DNA of 64,000 nucleotides from assembly GCA_964518425.1 (NCBI GenBank), contig CAZFGG010000003.1, positions 9,634-73,633 on the forward strand. Direction: 5' to 3'. Of the stretch, positions 9,569 through 16,995 are shown in pieces. Position 1 is the first letter of the stretch. The number at the start of each line of letters is the position of its first letter. The position numbers and the translations under genes are program-made. The notes beneath the pieces are model-generated. The model was not told the origin of the DNA. It saw only the letters and a list, made by a program, of their open reading frames with translations, and did no database searches. The stretch is from an uncultured Gammaproteobacteria bacterium. Its GTDB lineage: Bacteria; Patescibacteriota; Patescibacteriia; SBBC01; CAIJZX01.

Positions 9569-10015
9569 ATGCCCTCCTACGCCACGAACCGCGACGCCCA
9601 CCACGACTACACCGTTCTCGAAAAAATCGAGGCCGGTATTTCGTTGACCGGACCGGAAGTAAAATCTATTAAGGGCGGCAATCTCAGCCTGAAAGGAAGT
9701 TACGCTACCGTCACTCACAACGAACTCTGGTTGATCAACGCCCATATTGGGTTGTACAAACCCGCGGCTAGCGTTAAACAAGAACCGACGCGCTCACGCC
9801 GCCTCCTGGTCCGCCGCGCGGAGATCGATCGCCTGATCGGCAAAATGCACAGCGCCGGTTTAACCTTGGTACCGCTATCGGTCTATAGCAAGAACGGCTT
9901 AGTTAAAGTTGAGCTGGGCCTGGCTCGCGGAAAAAAAGCCTACGATAAACGGCAGAGTATCAAGAAACGGGAAGTTGAGCGGAAGATCAAACGAGCGATG
10001 AGGGTGAAGGCATGA
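9569..10015 (+). CDS. smpB: SsrA-binding protein SmpB
   Basis: ATNRDAHHDYTVLEKIEAGISLTGPEVKSIKGG... matches the SmpB N-terminus; the start was moved to the internal ATG at 9569 (the ORF track begins at 9323). Confidence 0.85.
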   Translation: MPSYATNRDAHHDYTVLEKIEAGISLTGPEVKSIKGGNLSLKGSYATVTHNELWLINAHIGLYKPAASVKQEPTRSRRLLVRRAEIDRLIGKMHSAGLTLVPLSVYSKNGLVKVELGLARGKKAYDKRQSIKKREVERKIKRAMRVKA

Positions 10016-10446
10016 GGAAAATCAATTTCACTATTCGGCTAACCAAACTCTCCGACTGCCCTGCCTGCCAACGCCTTGGCCGCGTACCGGAAATCGCTAT
10101 CGCTCCAGGTTGGTATTTACCTCTCGAATATTACCGGCGAGTGGTTCGTAGCAAACACATTTTTCTGGTGGCTGAAATGAAGAAAAAGATTATCGGTTTT
10201 GTCATCTTTGAAAAAATCGAGGCTGGCTTTCTCGGGCAATACGTTGTTGTTCATAAGAAATTCCGACATCATGGCATAGGGCTAGCGCTGTTACGTGCGG
10301 CCGAAACCGAAGCGAAAAAACGCGGCGCCTATTTTCTCCTCGGGTATGCCGTGGCAAAAAGCCAAGGCGTGCAAAAAGCCCTCAAGCACTTGGGTTATCG
10401 GCGTGGGCAATTGACGTATGAGTGGAGTAAGGGGTTGAGTCGGTAG
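10012..10446 (+). CDS. GNAT family N-acetyltransferase
   Basis: FRHHGIGLALLRAAETEAKKRGAYFLL acetyl-CoA-binding motif; ATGA overlap with the smpB stop. Confidence 0.75.
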   Translation: MRKINFTIRLTKLSDCPACQRLGRVPEIAIAPGWYLPLEYYRRVVRSKHIFLVAEMKKKIIGFVIFEKIEAGFLGQYVVVHKKFRHHGIGLALLRAAETEAKKRGAYFLLGYAVAKSQGVQKALKHLGYRRGQLTYEWSKGLSR

Positions 10447-10450
10447 ACAT

Positions 10451-10479
10451 AAAAAAACCGTGGCGTTGCCGGCCGCGGT
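10451..10479 (-). terminator. Rho-independent terminator for the minus-strand gene 10549..11007
   Basis: 8-bp GC-rich stem (CCGUGGC/GCCGCGG with one GU pair) at 10458..10479, followed on the minus strand by a T7 tract (A7 at 10451-10457 on plus). Confidence 0.5.
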
Positions 10480-10548
10480 TAGTTGCTATGTTGCACAAAT
10501 ATTGTTTCTGAAGGTGCTATCTTATGATGTGGCCGGCAGGTGGTGTTC

Positions 10549-11007
10549 CTAGTACGGCAGTTCTTGAAGCTCTGGGTTCAGTAACATGAGATACATTTCA
10601 CGCCTATTTCCGTCCTCACGGCGGCGAGAATCAAGCATGCCGTCTTCGCAATACTCATACCAGCGACCAGCGGCTTGCTCAGGTTGAAGGTTGATCCGGG
10701 CCATGTCATCCAGACCAATGGGCATCAACTCGACGAACTCTTCAAGCACCGCTAGCGTGACAAAGGCGATTTCGGGAGCAGGGTAGCGTCCCTCAAAACC
10801 AGCTTTGAGCGTCTCGCTCATGGTTTGAAGTTCGTCGCCGGTGTGAATGCCTCGAACGACTTTGTTCCGTTTGAGCGTCTCAAACACGAACCACCATCCG
10901 AGCCAATCGATGTGCCGCAACTGATTGAACAGTGTCTGGCTAAAGGATGTGTTATCCTTCCGCTCCCACTGCTCAACTTTCCGAGCAACATCTCTAATCC
11001 TATTCAT
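10549..11007 (-). CDS. Hypothetical protein (152 aa), no recognisable domain
   Basis: ORF only; convergent with the GNAT gene. Confidence 0.35.
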   Translation of the reverse strand: MNRIRDVARKVEQWERKDNTSFSQTLFNQLRHIDWLGWWFVFETLKRNKVVRGIHTGDELQTMSETLKAGFEGRYPAPEIAFVTLAVLEEFVELMPIGLDDMARINLQPEQAAGRWYEYCEDGMLDSRRREDGNRREMYLMLLNPELQELPY

Positions 11008-11122
11008 GTCCCCTCCGAGACAACTGCCGGTGACACAATGTCATCGGTCAGTTCATCGGAAAAGACGGCGGAAAGAACGACTTGCCAGGCTACACCAAAA
11101 TAGCCTTTTTGTCAATGCTAGC

Positions 11123-11151
11123 TTGACAAATCCCTTATTTTCCCCTATACT
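11123..11151 (+). promoter_or_regulatory. Sigma70-type promoter upstream of tmRNA: TTGACA-N17-TATACT
   Basis: TTGACA at 11123-11128, 17-nt spacer, TATACT at 11146-11151. A second -10 (TACAAT, 11206-11211) lies 8 nt before the tmRNA 5' end. Confidence 0.55.
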
Positions 11152-11219
11152 CTAGCCATTCAGTTAACGTTTTGGACCTTCGCCAGTCATCATTCAGCCA
11201 CGCGCTACAATGGTGACCG

Positions 11220-11622
11220 GGGGATGTTCAAACGTCGATCGATCGTTGATAGCTCGATTGGTATCATGCCGAACCGCCGACAACTTCGTAAAAATGTCGG
11301 ACATGATAAGTGCCAATACACTTCTCAGCAAACTTCGGACCGCGGTAGCTCGCGCTTTCGCGACCCCGTCGTTTGTTCCCGCCTTCGCTTAATACCGTTG
11401 GCGCATCCGTCTCCTGACTCCGGTTAGGGAATCACGGGTGTCACTTCACCGGACCGATTGGTAGACCGTTCAGTCCTAGCAATCGGTATTGTCTGAACAC
11501 CGTCATCACGACTTCTCGTTCGTTGTCTACGTGGTGACGTTATCCAACAGCGGACTATGCATGTAAGACGTACTATCGGGATATCCGTCGCCACGCGGGT
11601 GCAAGACCCGCCATCTCCACCA
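11220..11622 (+). ncRNA. ssrA: tmRNA (SsrA)
   Basis: Immediately downstream of smpB. 5' GGGGAUG pairs with 3' CAUCUCC followed by ACCA (11612-11622). T-arm-like GCGGG-UGCAAGA-CCCGC. Internal tag reading frame ends ...ATPSFVPAFA-TAA, like the Mycoplasma-type long tags that end AFA. 5' UUCAAACGUCGA resembles the conserved tmRNA UUCGACG. Confidence 0.6.
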
Positions 11623-11628
11623 AAAGCT

Positions 11629-11657
11629 ACTGTCCGAAAGGATGGTCGTTTTTGTTT
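11629..11657 (+). terminator. Rho-independent terminator after tmRNA
   Basis: ACUGUCC-GAAA-GGAUGGU hairpin (7 bp, GNRA-like loop) followed by UUUUUGUUU. Confidence 0.6.
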
Positions 11658-11690
11658 CTGCTCTCATGGTGTGCTACAGTGAATTGAGAA

Positions 11691-12164
11691 ATGAGTTCGA
11701 AAAAAAGCTCCATTCTCCCAATCGCCGTTATGGCTCTGGCCATTGTCGCGTTTTTGTTCGTCATCAACTGGGCGATCACGCCGAACCAAAAATTGCCATG
11801 GTTGACCAATAGTAGTCAGGTCAAGACGACGAACACAAACACTTCCCCTGAAGGAACAAACGTCGTGTTAGCCGGCAAGGTCTGGATATATGGTTGTCCG
11901 GCTCAGCGGGTGAATACTCCTTGCGGTGGACCGCCGCCCACCAGCGACACTATTGTGGTGTACTCTGGCAACCGATCGACGGTCGTCGCGAAACAACAGT
12001 ATGGTCAAAACGGCTCGTTCCATTTCTCGTTACCAGCTGGAACCTACATCCTGGCTCTCGGAACGTATGGCCTCAGCTCCGGTCAAAATGAGCGACAAGT
12101 GACGCTCACATCCGGCCATGACGTGACCGATCTGTCGATTCAACTCGATAGCGGGATACGATAG
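11691..12164 (+). CDS. Small secreted or membrane-anchored protein, paralog family with a conserved N-terminal leader
   Basis: N-terminus SILPIAVMALAIVAFLFVINWAITPNQKLPWLT shared with ORFs 12201..12644 and 19739..20857; C-terminal beta-rich domain. Confidence 0.55.
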   Translation: MSSKKSSILPIAVMALAIVAFLFVINWAITPNQKLPWLTNSSQVKTTNTNTSPEGTNVVLAGKVWIYGCPAQRVNTPCGGPPPTSDTIVVYSGNRSTVVAKQQYGQNGSFHFSLPAGTYILALGTYGLSSGQNERQVTLTSGHDVTDLSIQLDSGIR

Positions 12165-12200
12165 CTCAAAAACAGCTTTTCTGCTATCCTGTAAGTAGAG

Positions 12201-12644
12201 ATGCTCGAGGTCACAACACGTAAAGGAAGTGTTCTCCCCATCGCCGTCATGGCCTTTGCCATCGTGGCCTTTTTGTTCGTTATGGATTGGGCCGTCAATC
12301 CGCACCAGCGATGGCCGTGGTCGACAACTTCTGCGTCCAAAAACACAAACATCGTAGCCTGTACCCAAGAAGCCAAACTTTGTCCTGATGGAAGTTACGT
12401 TGGTCGGACTGGGCGGGACTGTGCGTTCGCGACCTGTCCGAGTGTGAACGCTAACATGTCCATCAATTCATCAAACTACAACACGAATAGTCCAGAACTC
12501 ACTCCCCAAGAGGACAAGAATAATGCCAATAGCAACACCAACGAATCAGTCTCCTGTGGCGACGCGGCCTACCGTTGTCCTGATGGCAGCTTCGTCTTCG
12601 AGGTTCCCCCGACCTGTCACTTCGCCGCCTGCCCTGGCACCTAG
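12201..12644 (+). CDS. Small secreted Cys-rich protein, same leader family; internal duplicated CPDGS...C..A.CP motif
   Basis: SVLPIAVMAFAIVAFLFVMDWAVNPHQRWPWST leader; CPDGSYVGRTGRDCAFATCP and CPDGSFVFEVPPTCHFAACP repeats; shares NTNSPELTPQED with 19739..20857. Confidence 0.55.
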   Translation: MLEVTTRKGSVLPIAVMAFAIVAFLFVMDWAVNPHQRWPWSTTSASKNTNIVACTQEAKLCPDGSYVGRTGRDCAFATCPSVNANMSINSSNYNTNSPELTPQEDKNNANSNTNESVSCGDAAYRCPDGSFVFEVPPTCHFAACPGT

Positions 12645-12723
12645 ATGTTTCTTGCGCTCCCTTAACCCTTCCGCTATACTCCTTGCAGATAAATTCCTGC
12701 CTTGACTAGTAACCAGCAAAACA

Positions 12724-13236
12724 ATTAGCGCTCGACGGTACCGCGTGAACGCGCAGATCCGCGTGCCGGAAGTCTCGGTCATCGACGAGACCGGGAAGCA
12801 CGTGGGAAATCTACCCACCGCCGACGCCTTGGCCCTCGCTCAACAGCGTGGCTATGATTTAGTTGAGATCGCGCCAATGGCCAAGCCGCCAGTCTGCAAG
12901 ATTCTTGATTTCGGCGCCTTCCAATTCCAACTTGAAAAGAAAGAACGCAAAGCCAAAGCCCACCAGAAGAAGGTTGAACTGAAGGGTATCCGCTTGACCT
13001 TCAAAATGGGCCCGCATGACCGCGACACCCGTAAAGCCCAGACGGCTAAGTTTTTGGAAGAAGGCCATAAAGTCCAGTTAGAAATGCGGCTGCGCGGCCG
13101 GGAAAACGCCCTCAAGGACCTCGCCAAGCAAGGGATGCTGGCCTTCGCTCAAGACCTTGGTTTCCCAGTCACGATTGAAACGGCACTCAACCAGGCCGGC
13201 AACCGGCTAACAATGATCATCGGCAAAAAGCGTTAA
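12724..13236 (+). CDS. infC: Translation initiation factor IF-3, probable AUU start
   Basis: VCKILDFGAFQFQ and VSVIDETGKHVGNLPTADALALAQQRGYDLVEI match IF-3. The ORF track starts at GTG 12745, but the in-frame ATT at 12724 gives an N-terminus (ISARRYRVNAQIRVPEV) that aligns with other IF-3 proteins; infC classically uses an AUU start. Confidence 0.8.
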   Translation: MSARRYRVNAQIRVPEVSVIDETGKHVGNLPTADALALAQQRGYDLVEIAPMAKPPVCKILDFGAFQFQLEKKERKAKAHQKKVELKGIRLTFKMGPHDRDTRKAQTAKFLEEGHKVQLEMRLRGRENALKDLAKQGMLAFAQDLGFPVTIETALNQAGNRLTMIIGKKR

Positions 13237-13267
13237 TCTTGCCTGCCCAGAAATTCGCGAGGGCGGG

Positions 13268-13296
13268 TTGACGTGATTTTAAGGTTCGTGTACACT
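13268..13296 (+). promoter_or_regulatory. Putative internal promoter for rpmI-rplT: TTGACG-N17-TACACT
   Basis: TTGACG at 13268-13273, 17-nt spacer, TACACT at 13291-13296, 11 nt upstream of the rpmI ATG. Confidence 0.35.
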
Positions 13297-13307
13297 CTTT
13301 CCGCATT

Positions 13308-13514
13308 ATGTCCAAGCTCAAGCTCAAAACCCACCAAGCCACGGCCAAACGGTTTCGCCAAACCGCTGGCGGTAAATTTATGAAACGGGCCGCCGGCCAG
13401 GACCATTTTAATTCCCGTGACCGCGGTGTAAAAACCATGGGCAAGCGACGCGATACGGTGGTGGCTGAGGTCAACGTTCCAGCAGTCAAGCGGCTGCTCC
13501 CCTATTCCTCATAA
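13308..13514 (+). CDS. rpmI: 50S ribosomal protein L35
   Basis: MSKLKLKTHQATAKRFRQTAGGKFMKRAAGQDHF... typical L35. Confidence 0.85.
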   Translation: MSKLKLKTHQATAKRFRQTAGGKFMKRAAGQDHFNSRDRGVKTMGKRRDTVVAEVNVPAVKRLLPYSS

Positions 13515-13517
13515 CCG

Positions 13518-13862
13518 ATGCGCGTAAAACGCGGTGTCGCCCACCTCAAGCGGCGAAAAAATTTACTGAAGCAGACCAAAGGTTTTCGTTGGAAACGGAA
13601 ATCCTCGATTCGGCTTGGCCGCCAAGCCGCCGTCCGGGCTGGCCGACATGCCTACCAGGATCGCAAGTTAAAGAAGCGTGATTTCCGGGCGTTGTGGCAA
13701 ATACGCATCAATGCGGGCGTTCGACCCTTTGACCTGAGCTACAGCCAATTCATCCACAAGCTCAAGGTGGCCAAAATTGAACTCGATCGGAAAGTATTGT
13801 CCGATTTAGCCGCCAATCAACCCGAGGTTTTTTCGGCCATCGTCAAGTTGGTCAACAGGTAA
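13518..13862 (+). CDS. rplT: 50S ribosomal protein L20
   Basis: MRVKRGVAHLKRRKNLLKQTKGF...FRALWQIRINAG matches L20. Confidence 0.9.
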   Translation: MRVKRGVAHLKRRKNLLKQTKGFRWKRKSSIRLGRQAAVRAGRHAYQDRKLKKRDFRALWQIRINAGVRPFDLSYSQFIHKLKVAKIELDRKVLSDLAANQPEVFSAIVKLVNR

Positions 13863-13954
13863 GTATTCAGTCACCGGGGCGTCATAGTGAGGTGAGGCGG
13901 GCCGTTTTTTGTTATCTATGCTATGCTAGTCTTAGCAAATAAATAACTACGCCT

Positions 13955-15907
13955 ATGCGACATACCATGTTCAAAGCCATCGCGGTCCTGACCGCCATGT
14001 TTTCGTTGTTCATGACCAGCGTTCTACCGGTCGCCGCTAAAGTTGGCGATGTCCGGACATTCTTTAGTAAAACCTATGGCGGTGACGGTGGGGACGCGAA
14101 TAGTGCCTTCCTCGATACGCCTCAAGGATTCCTCGCCGATAGTTCATGCAATCTGTACATTGCCGATACAGGTAATTACGTCATTAGAAAAATTGATACC
14201 AGTAATATCATCACGACCTACGCCGGTTCAAACAAGTACGATAAGAATAATGGCGCCCTACGGACAGCCTCGTTCCGATCGCCAACTGATATCGTTATGA
14301 GTTCGACCGGAGAATTCTATGTCAGCGATGCCGACACGAATTCTATTCGTTTAATATCCGGCTCAGTGGTCAGTACCTGGTTGAGTAACCTGAAACAACC
14401 GCAGGGCGTCGCCACTGATGGCACGTCACTGTTTGTCTCCGACACGGGGCACAATAAAATCCTGAAAGTAAACTTGACGACGAAATCGGCATCAACCTTG
14501 GCCACGCTCACCAGCCCGGGAAAAATGGTTATTCTGAATGGCACGATTTATGTCGTCCACGCTGGCTACACCGCTCTGGCGGCCGTCGACATGACTACCG
14601 GGAATGTGACCGATCTCAAGACCGGCATGCAAGATACCGAGGGTGTGACGACGTACAATAGCCAAATCTACTTCATCTCCGGCACGAATGGGACCTGGAA
14701 CTCGCTGTGGCAATATAACCCCAGTGGCGGAGCAATCACCCTCCTCCAAAATGTTCCAGAAACCGAGTGGTATAACCATGCCTCTGATCTGCTCTTTTGC
14801 GGCGGGAAAATGTACATCCTCTTCAAGGCCGGATCGAGCATCTTCACGGCTGATCTGGATGGCAGTAACCCAGTAAAAATTGCCGGACTCCACCGCTGGA
14901 ATGATCGCAACGGCGCGCTCAGCCAAGCCCTGACTGGCCGACCAACCGCTATGGCTTTGTCCCCCGATGGCAAGAAGGTCTACCTCATCGAGAACGAGAA
15001 GATCAAGGTCATCAACCTCAAGGCAAAAACCTTATCGTTCTTGGCTGGTCATGCCGACGATAACTACGTTGATGGCGTCGGCGGGGCTGCCCGGTTCAGC
15101 GGCGTCCAGCAAATCGTCATGTCGCCTGGCGGGACGAAAATCTACCTGGCCGACCGGAATAACAACCGTATCCGCGTCTTCGATCTTAAAACGTTGACGC
15201 TCTCCACGCTGACTGGAGCGGGCGGATTCAATCTCTTCAATGGCACGGCCAATGCCTATGCCGAAGGCGGACCATGTACGACAACGACCCTAGGGGTGGC
15301 CGGCTGCGCTTACTTTGACCGGCCGACCGGCATTGCCATCAGCAAGAATGGTAAAACGCTCTATGTCGCCGACAGCTTCAACCATCGAATCCGAACGGTT
15401 GACGTAGCAACCGGAAAAACGAAACTGCTGGCCGGCAGCGGGATCTCGGGCATGAAGGATGGGGTCGGTTCAGCCGCGCGGTTTAAACGGCCGTCGAACC
15501 TCCTGCTTGATAAGAATGGTTTAACCCTCTACGTGGTTGACTCTAGCGCTCACGCGATCAGCGCTATTAACCTTCATACAAAGAAAGTGACTCGCCTGAT
15601 GGGTACTGGTAAGGCCGGTTACCTCGACGGCAAGTGGAATCAAGCGGTCTTGTCCTATCCCGATACGTTGTCCTACGGACCGGCGCACACCTTACTGCTG
15701 ACGGAAGTTGGGAGCCAGCGGGTTCGGACAATCGACCTGACGAAGAAAACCATTAGCCTGGCGGCCGGATCGGGTCAGCGCGGCAATGCCAATGGTGACA
15801 AATCACATGCCACATTCAACCAGCCACGCGGCGTTCTCCTCATCTCGCCACACACCGCCTTGGTCGCCGACCAGCTGAACGATCTGATTCGCACGATAAA
15901 CCTGTAG
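13955..15907 (+). CDS. Secreted NHL-repeat beta-propeller protein
   Basis: N-terminal signal peptide; repeated NHL motifs (LYIADTGNYVIRKID, LYVADSFNHRIRTVD, IYLADRNNNRIRVFD). Confidence 0.7.
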   Translation: MRHTMFKAIAVLTAMFSLFMTSVLPVAAKVGDVRTFFSKTYGGDGGDANSAFLDTPQGFLADSSCNLYIADTGNYVIRKIDTSNIITTYAGSNKYDKNNGALRTASFRSPTDIVMSSTGEFYVSDADTNSIRLISGSVVSTWLSNLKQPQGVATDGTSLFVSDTGHNKILKVNLTTKSASTLATLTSPGKMVILNGTIYVVHAGYTALAAVDMTTGNVTDLKTGMQDTEGVTTYNSQIYFISGTNGTWNSLWQYNPSGGAITLLQNVPETEWYNHASDLLFCGGKMYILFKAGSSIFTADLDGSNPVKIAGLHRWNDRNGALSQALTGRPTAMALSPDGKKVYLIENEKIKVINLKAKTLSFLAGHADDNYVDGVGGAARFSGVQQIVMSPGGTKIYLADRNNNRIRVFDLKTLTLSTLTGAGGFNLFNGTANAYAEGGPCTTTTLGVAGCAYFDRPTGIAISKNGKTLYVADSFNHRIRTVDVATGKTKLLAGSGISGMKDGVGSAARFKRPSNLLLDKNGLTLYVVDSSAHAISAINLHTKKVTRLMGTGKAGYLDGKWNQAVLSYPDTLSYGPAHTLLLTEVGSQRVRTIDLTKKTISLAAGSGQRGNANGDKSHATFNQPRGVLLISPHTALVADQLNDLIRTINL

Positions 15908-15921
15908 CAAGAGTTTACTCC

Positions 15922-15954
15922 GACATCCAACGTCCCGGACAGGCGTTGGATGTC
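15922..15954 (+). terminator. Strong hairpin after the NHL gene stop (possible terminator; no U-tract)
   Basis: 11-bp perfect inverted repeat GACATCCAACG...CGTTGGATGTC with an 11-nt loop, 15 nt after the stop codon. Confidence 0.3.
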
Positions 15955-16031
15955 TTGCGTACCAAGAATTCACCTGGACAATCTCTCACCGTGGTGCTAC
16001 ACTCCAGCCCGACGTATTTTTGTGTCAGTCT

Positions 16032-16107
16032 GGACCCATAGTGTAGCGGTTAACACGTCTCCCTGTCACGGAGAAGATCGGGGGTTCGAATCCCCCTGGG
16101 TCCGCCA
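16032..16107 (+). tRNA. tRNA-Asp (GTC)
   Basis: Cloverleaf: acceptor GGACCCA/TGGGTCC, D-stem GTGT/ACAC, anticodon loop CTGTCAC, T-loop TTCGAAT, encoded CCA. Preceded by a TGcTACACT extended -10-like element. Confidence 0.9.
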
Positions 16108-16995
16108 ATGCCCCCGCCCATCGGTCTCGAGGGTGATGTTGCCGTCCTGATCGGTTCGTAAAATCTTCGCGCCAATACGTTGAAGATGGAGCACGGCGGT
16201 TGGGTGGGGATGATGATAGTGATTATGCAGGCCAACCGAAATAACTGCCCAAACCGGTTGAACGGCCGCCAGAAATCTCGGACCCGAGGAGAATCGTGAC
16301 CCATGGTGACCGACTTTAAGCAGATCAGCTCGAACGTTGGCGCCGCTATCGAGAATCCGATCTTCAATGTCCGTCGACGCATCGCCCATCAACATTGCTC
16401 GACTTCCGTCGCAGGCTAATCGAAGCACAATGGAACTATCGTTCACTCCCCCGCCATTCGCAGCGTTGTCATGGTCAATCGTTTCGTGGGATAGGTCACG
16501 ACCGGGCCAGAGGACATCGAGAGTTGCTGTCCCGACGTGGTATCGTTGACCTGCCACCGCCACATGCTCAGGAACATGTTGGCGATTCAATTGGTCTAAC
16601 CACGCGGCGTACGCGCCTTGACGAAACTTCAGTTCTGTTAACAGCACTTGCCGGACAACAAATCGTTGGGTTACGGCTACTAAGCCGTTGACATGATCCG
16701 CGTGCGGATGCGTCAAGACAACCAGTTCGAGATCCCGGTCTCCGGGTGGCAAAGCCCGGCTGAGTTTTTGGACCACCGTGTCATCGGGTCCGCCATCAAT
16801 CAAAATATCTTGGCCGTCCGATGTTCGAATAAACAGGCTATCACCTTGACCGATATCAAGGGCAGTAAATGTACAGCCCTGATGGACGGGGTGGGGCACG
16901 TGGCCAGCACCAAGCCAAAGGAGAAAGCTACAACTAAGCAGGAAAATTTTCAGACGCATGGGTATGTCGAAGAAGAGCGGCCGCCAAAGCAACAA
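16066..16995 (-). CDS. comEC: ComEC C-terminal-type metallo-beta-lactamase-fold domain protein, encoded separately from the ComEC membrane domain
   Basis: HPHADH metal-binding motif, GDASTD, HHGS. Predicted N-terminal signal/TM (MRLKIFLLSCSFLLWLGAG). The last 14 codons overlap tRNA-Asp on the opposite strand. Overlaps the upstream comEC ORF by 62 nt in another frame. Confidence 0.6.
   Translation of the reverse strand: MLLWRPLFFDIPMRLKIFLLSCSFLLWLGAGHVPHPVHQGCTFTALDIGQGDSLFIRTSDGQDILIDGGPDDTVVQKLSRALPPGDRDLELVVLTHPHADHVNGLVAVTQRFVVRQVLLTELKFRQGAYAAWLDQLNRQHVPEHVAVAGQRYHVGTATLDVLWPGRDLSHETIDHDNAANGGGVNDSSIVLRLACDGSRAMLMGDASTDIEDRILDSGANVRADLLKVGHHGSRFSSGPRFLAAVQPVWAVISVGLHNHYHHPHPTAVLHLQRIGAKILRTDQDGNITLETDGRGHWRTQGDSNPRSSP

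Noticed and set aside
11210-11427. Two plus-strand ORFs (60 and 67 aa) inside the tmRNA region
   Set aside because: They are the tmRNA tag reading frame and an overlapping frame. The locus is better explained as ssrA (acceptor pairing, CCA end, adjacency to smpB).
13863-13954. Possible terminator after rplT (…GGCGGGCCGTTTTTTGTT)
   Set aside because: A T-tract is present, but I could not find a convincing preceding stem. Left unannotated.
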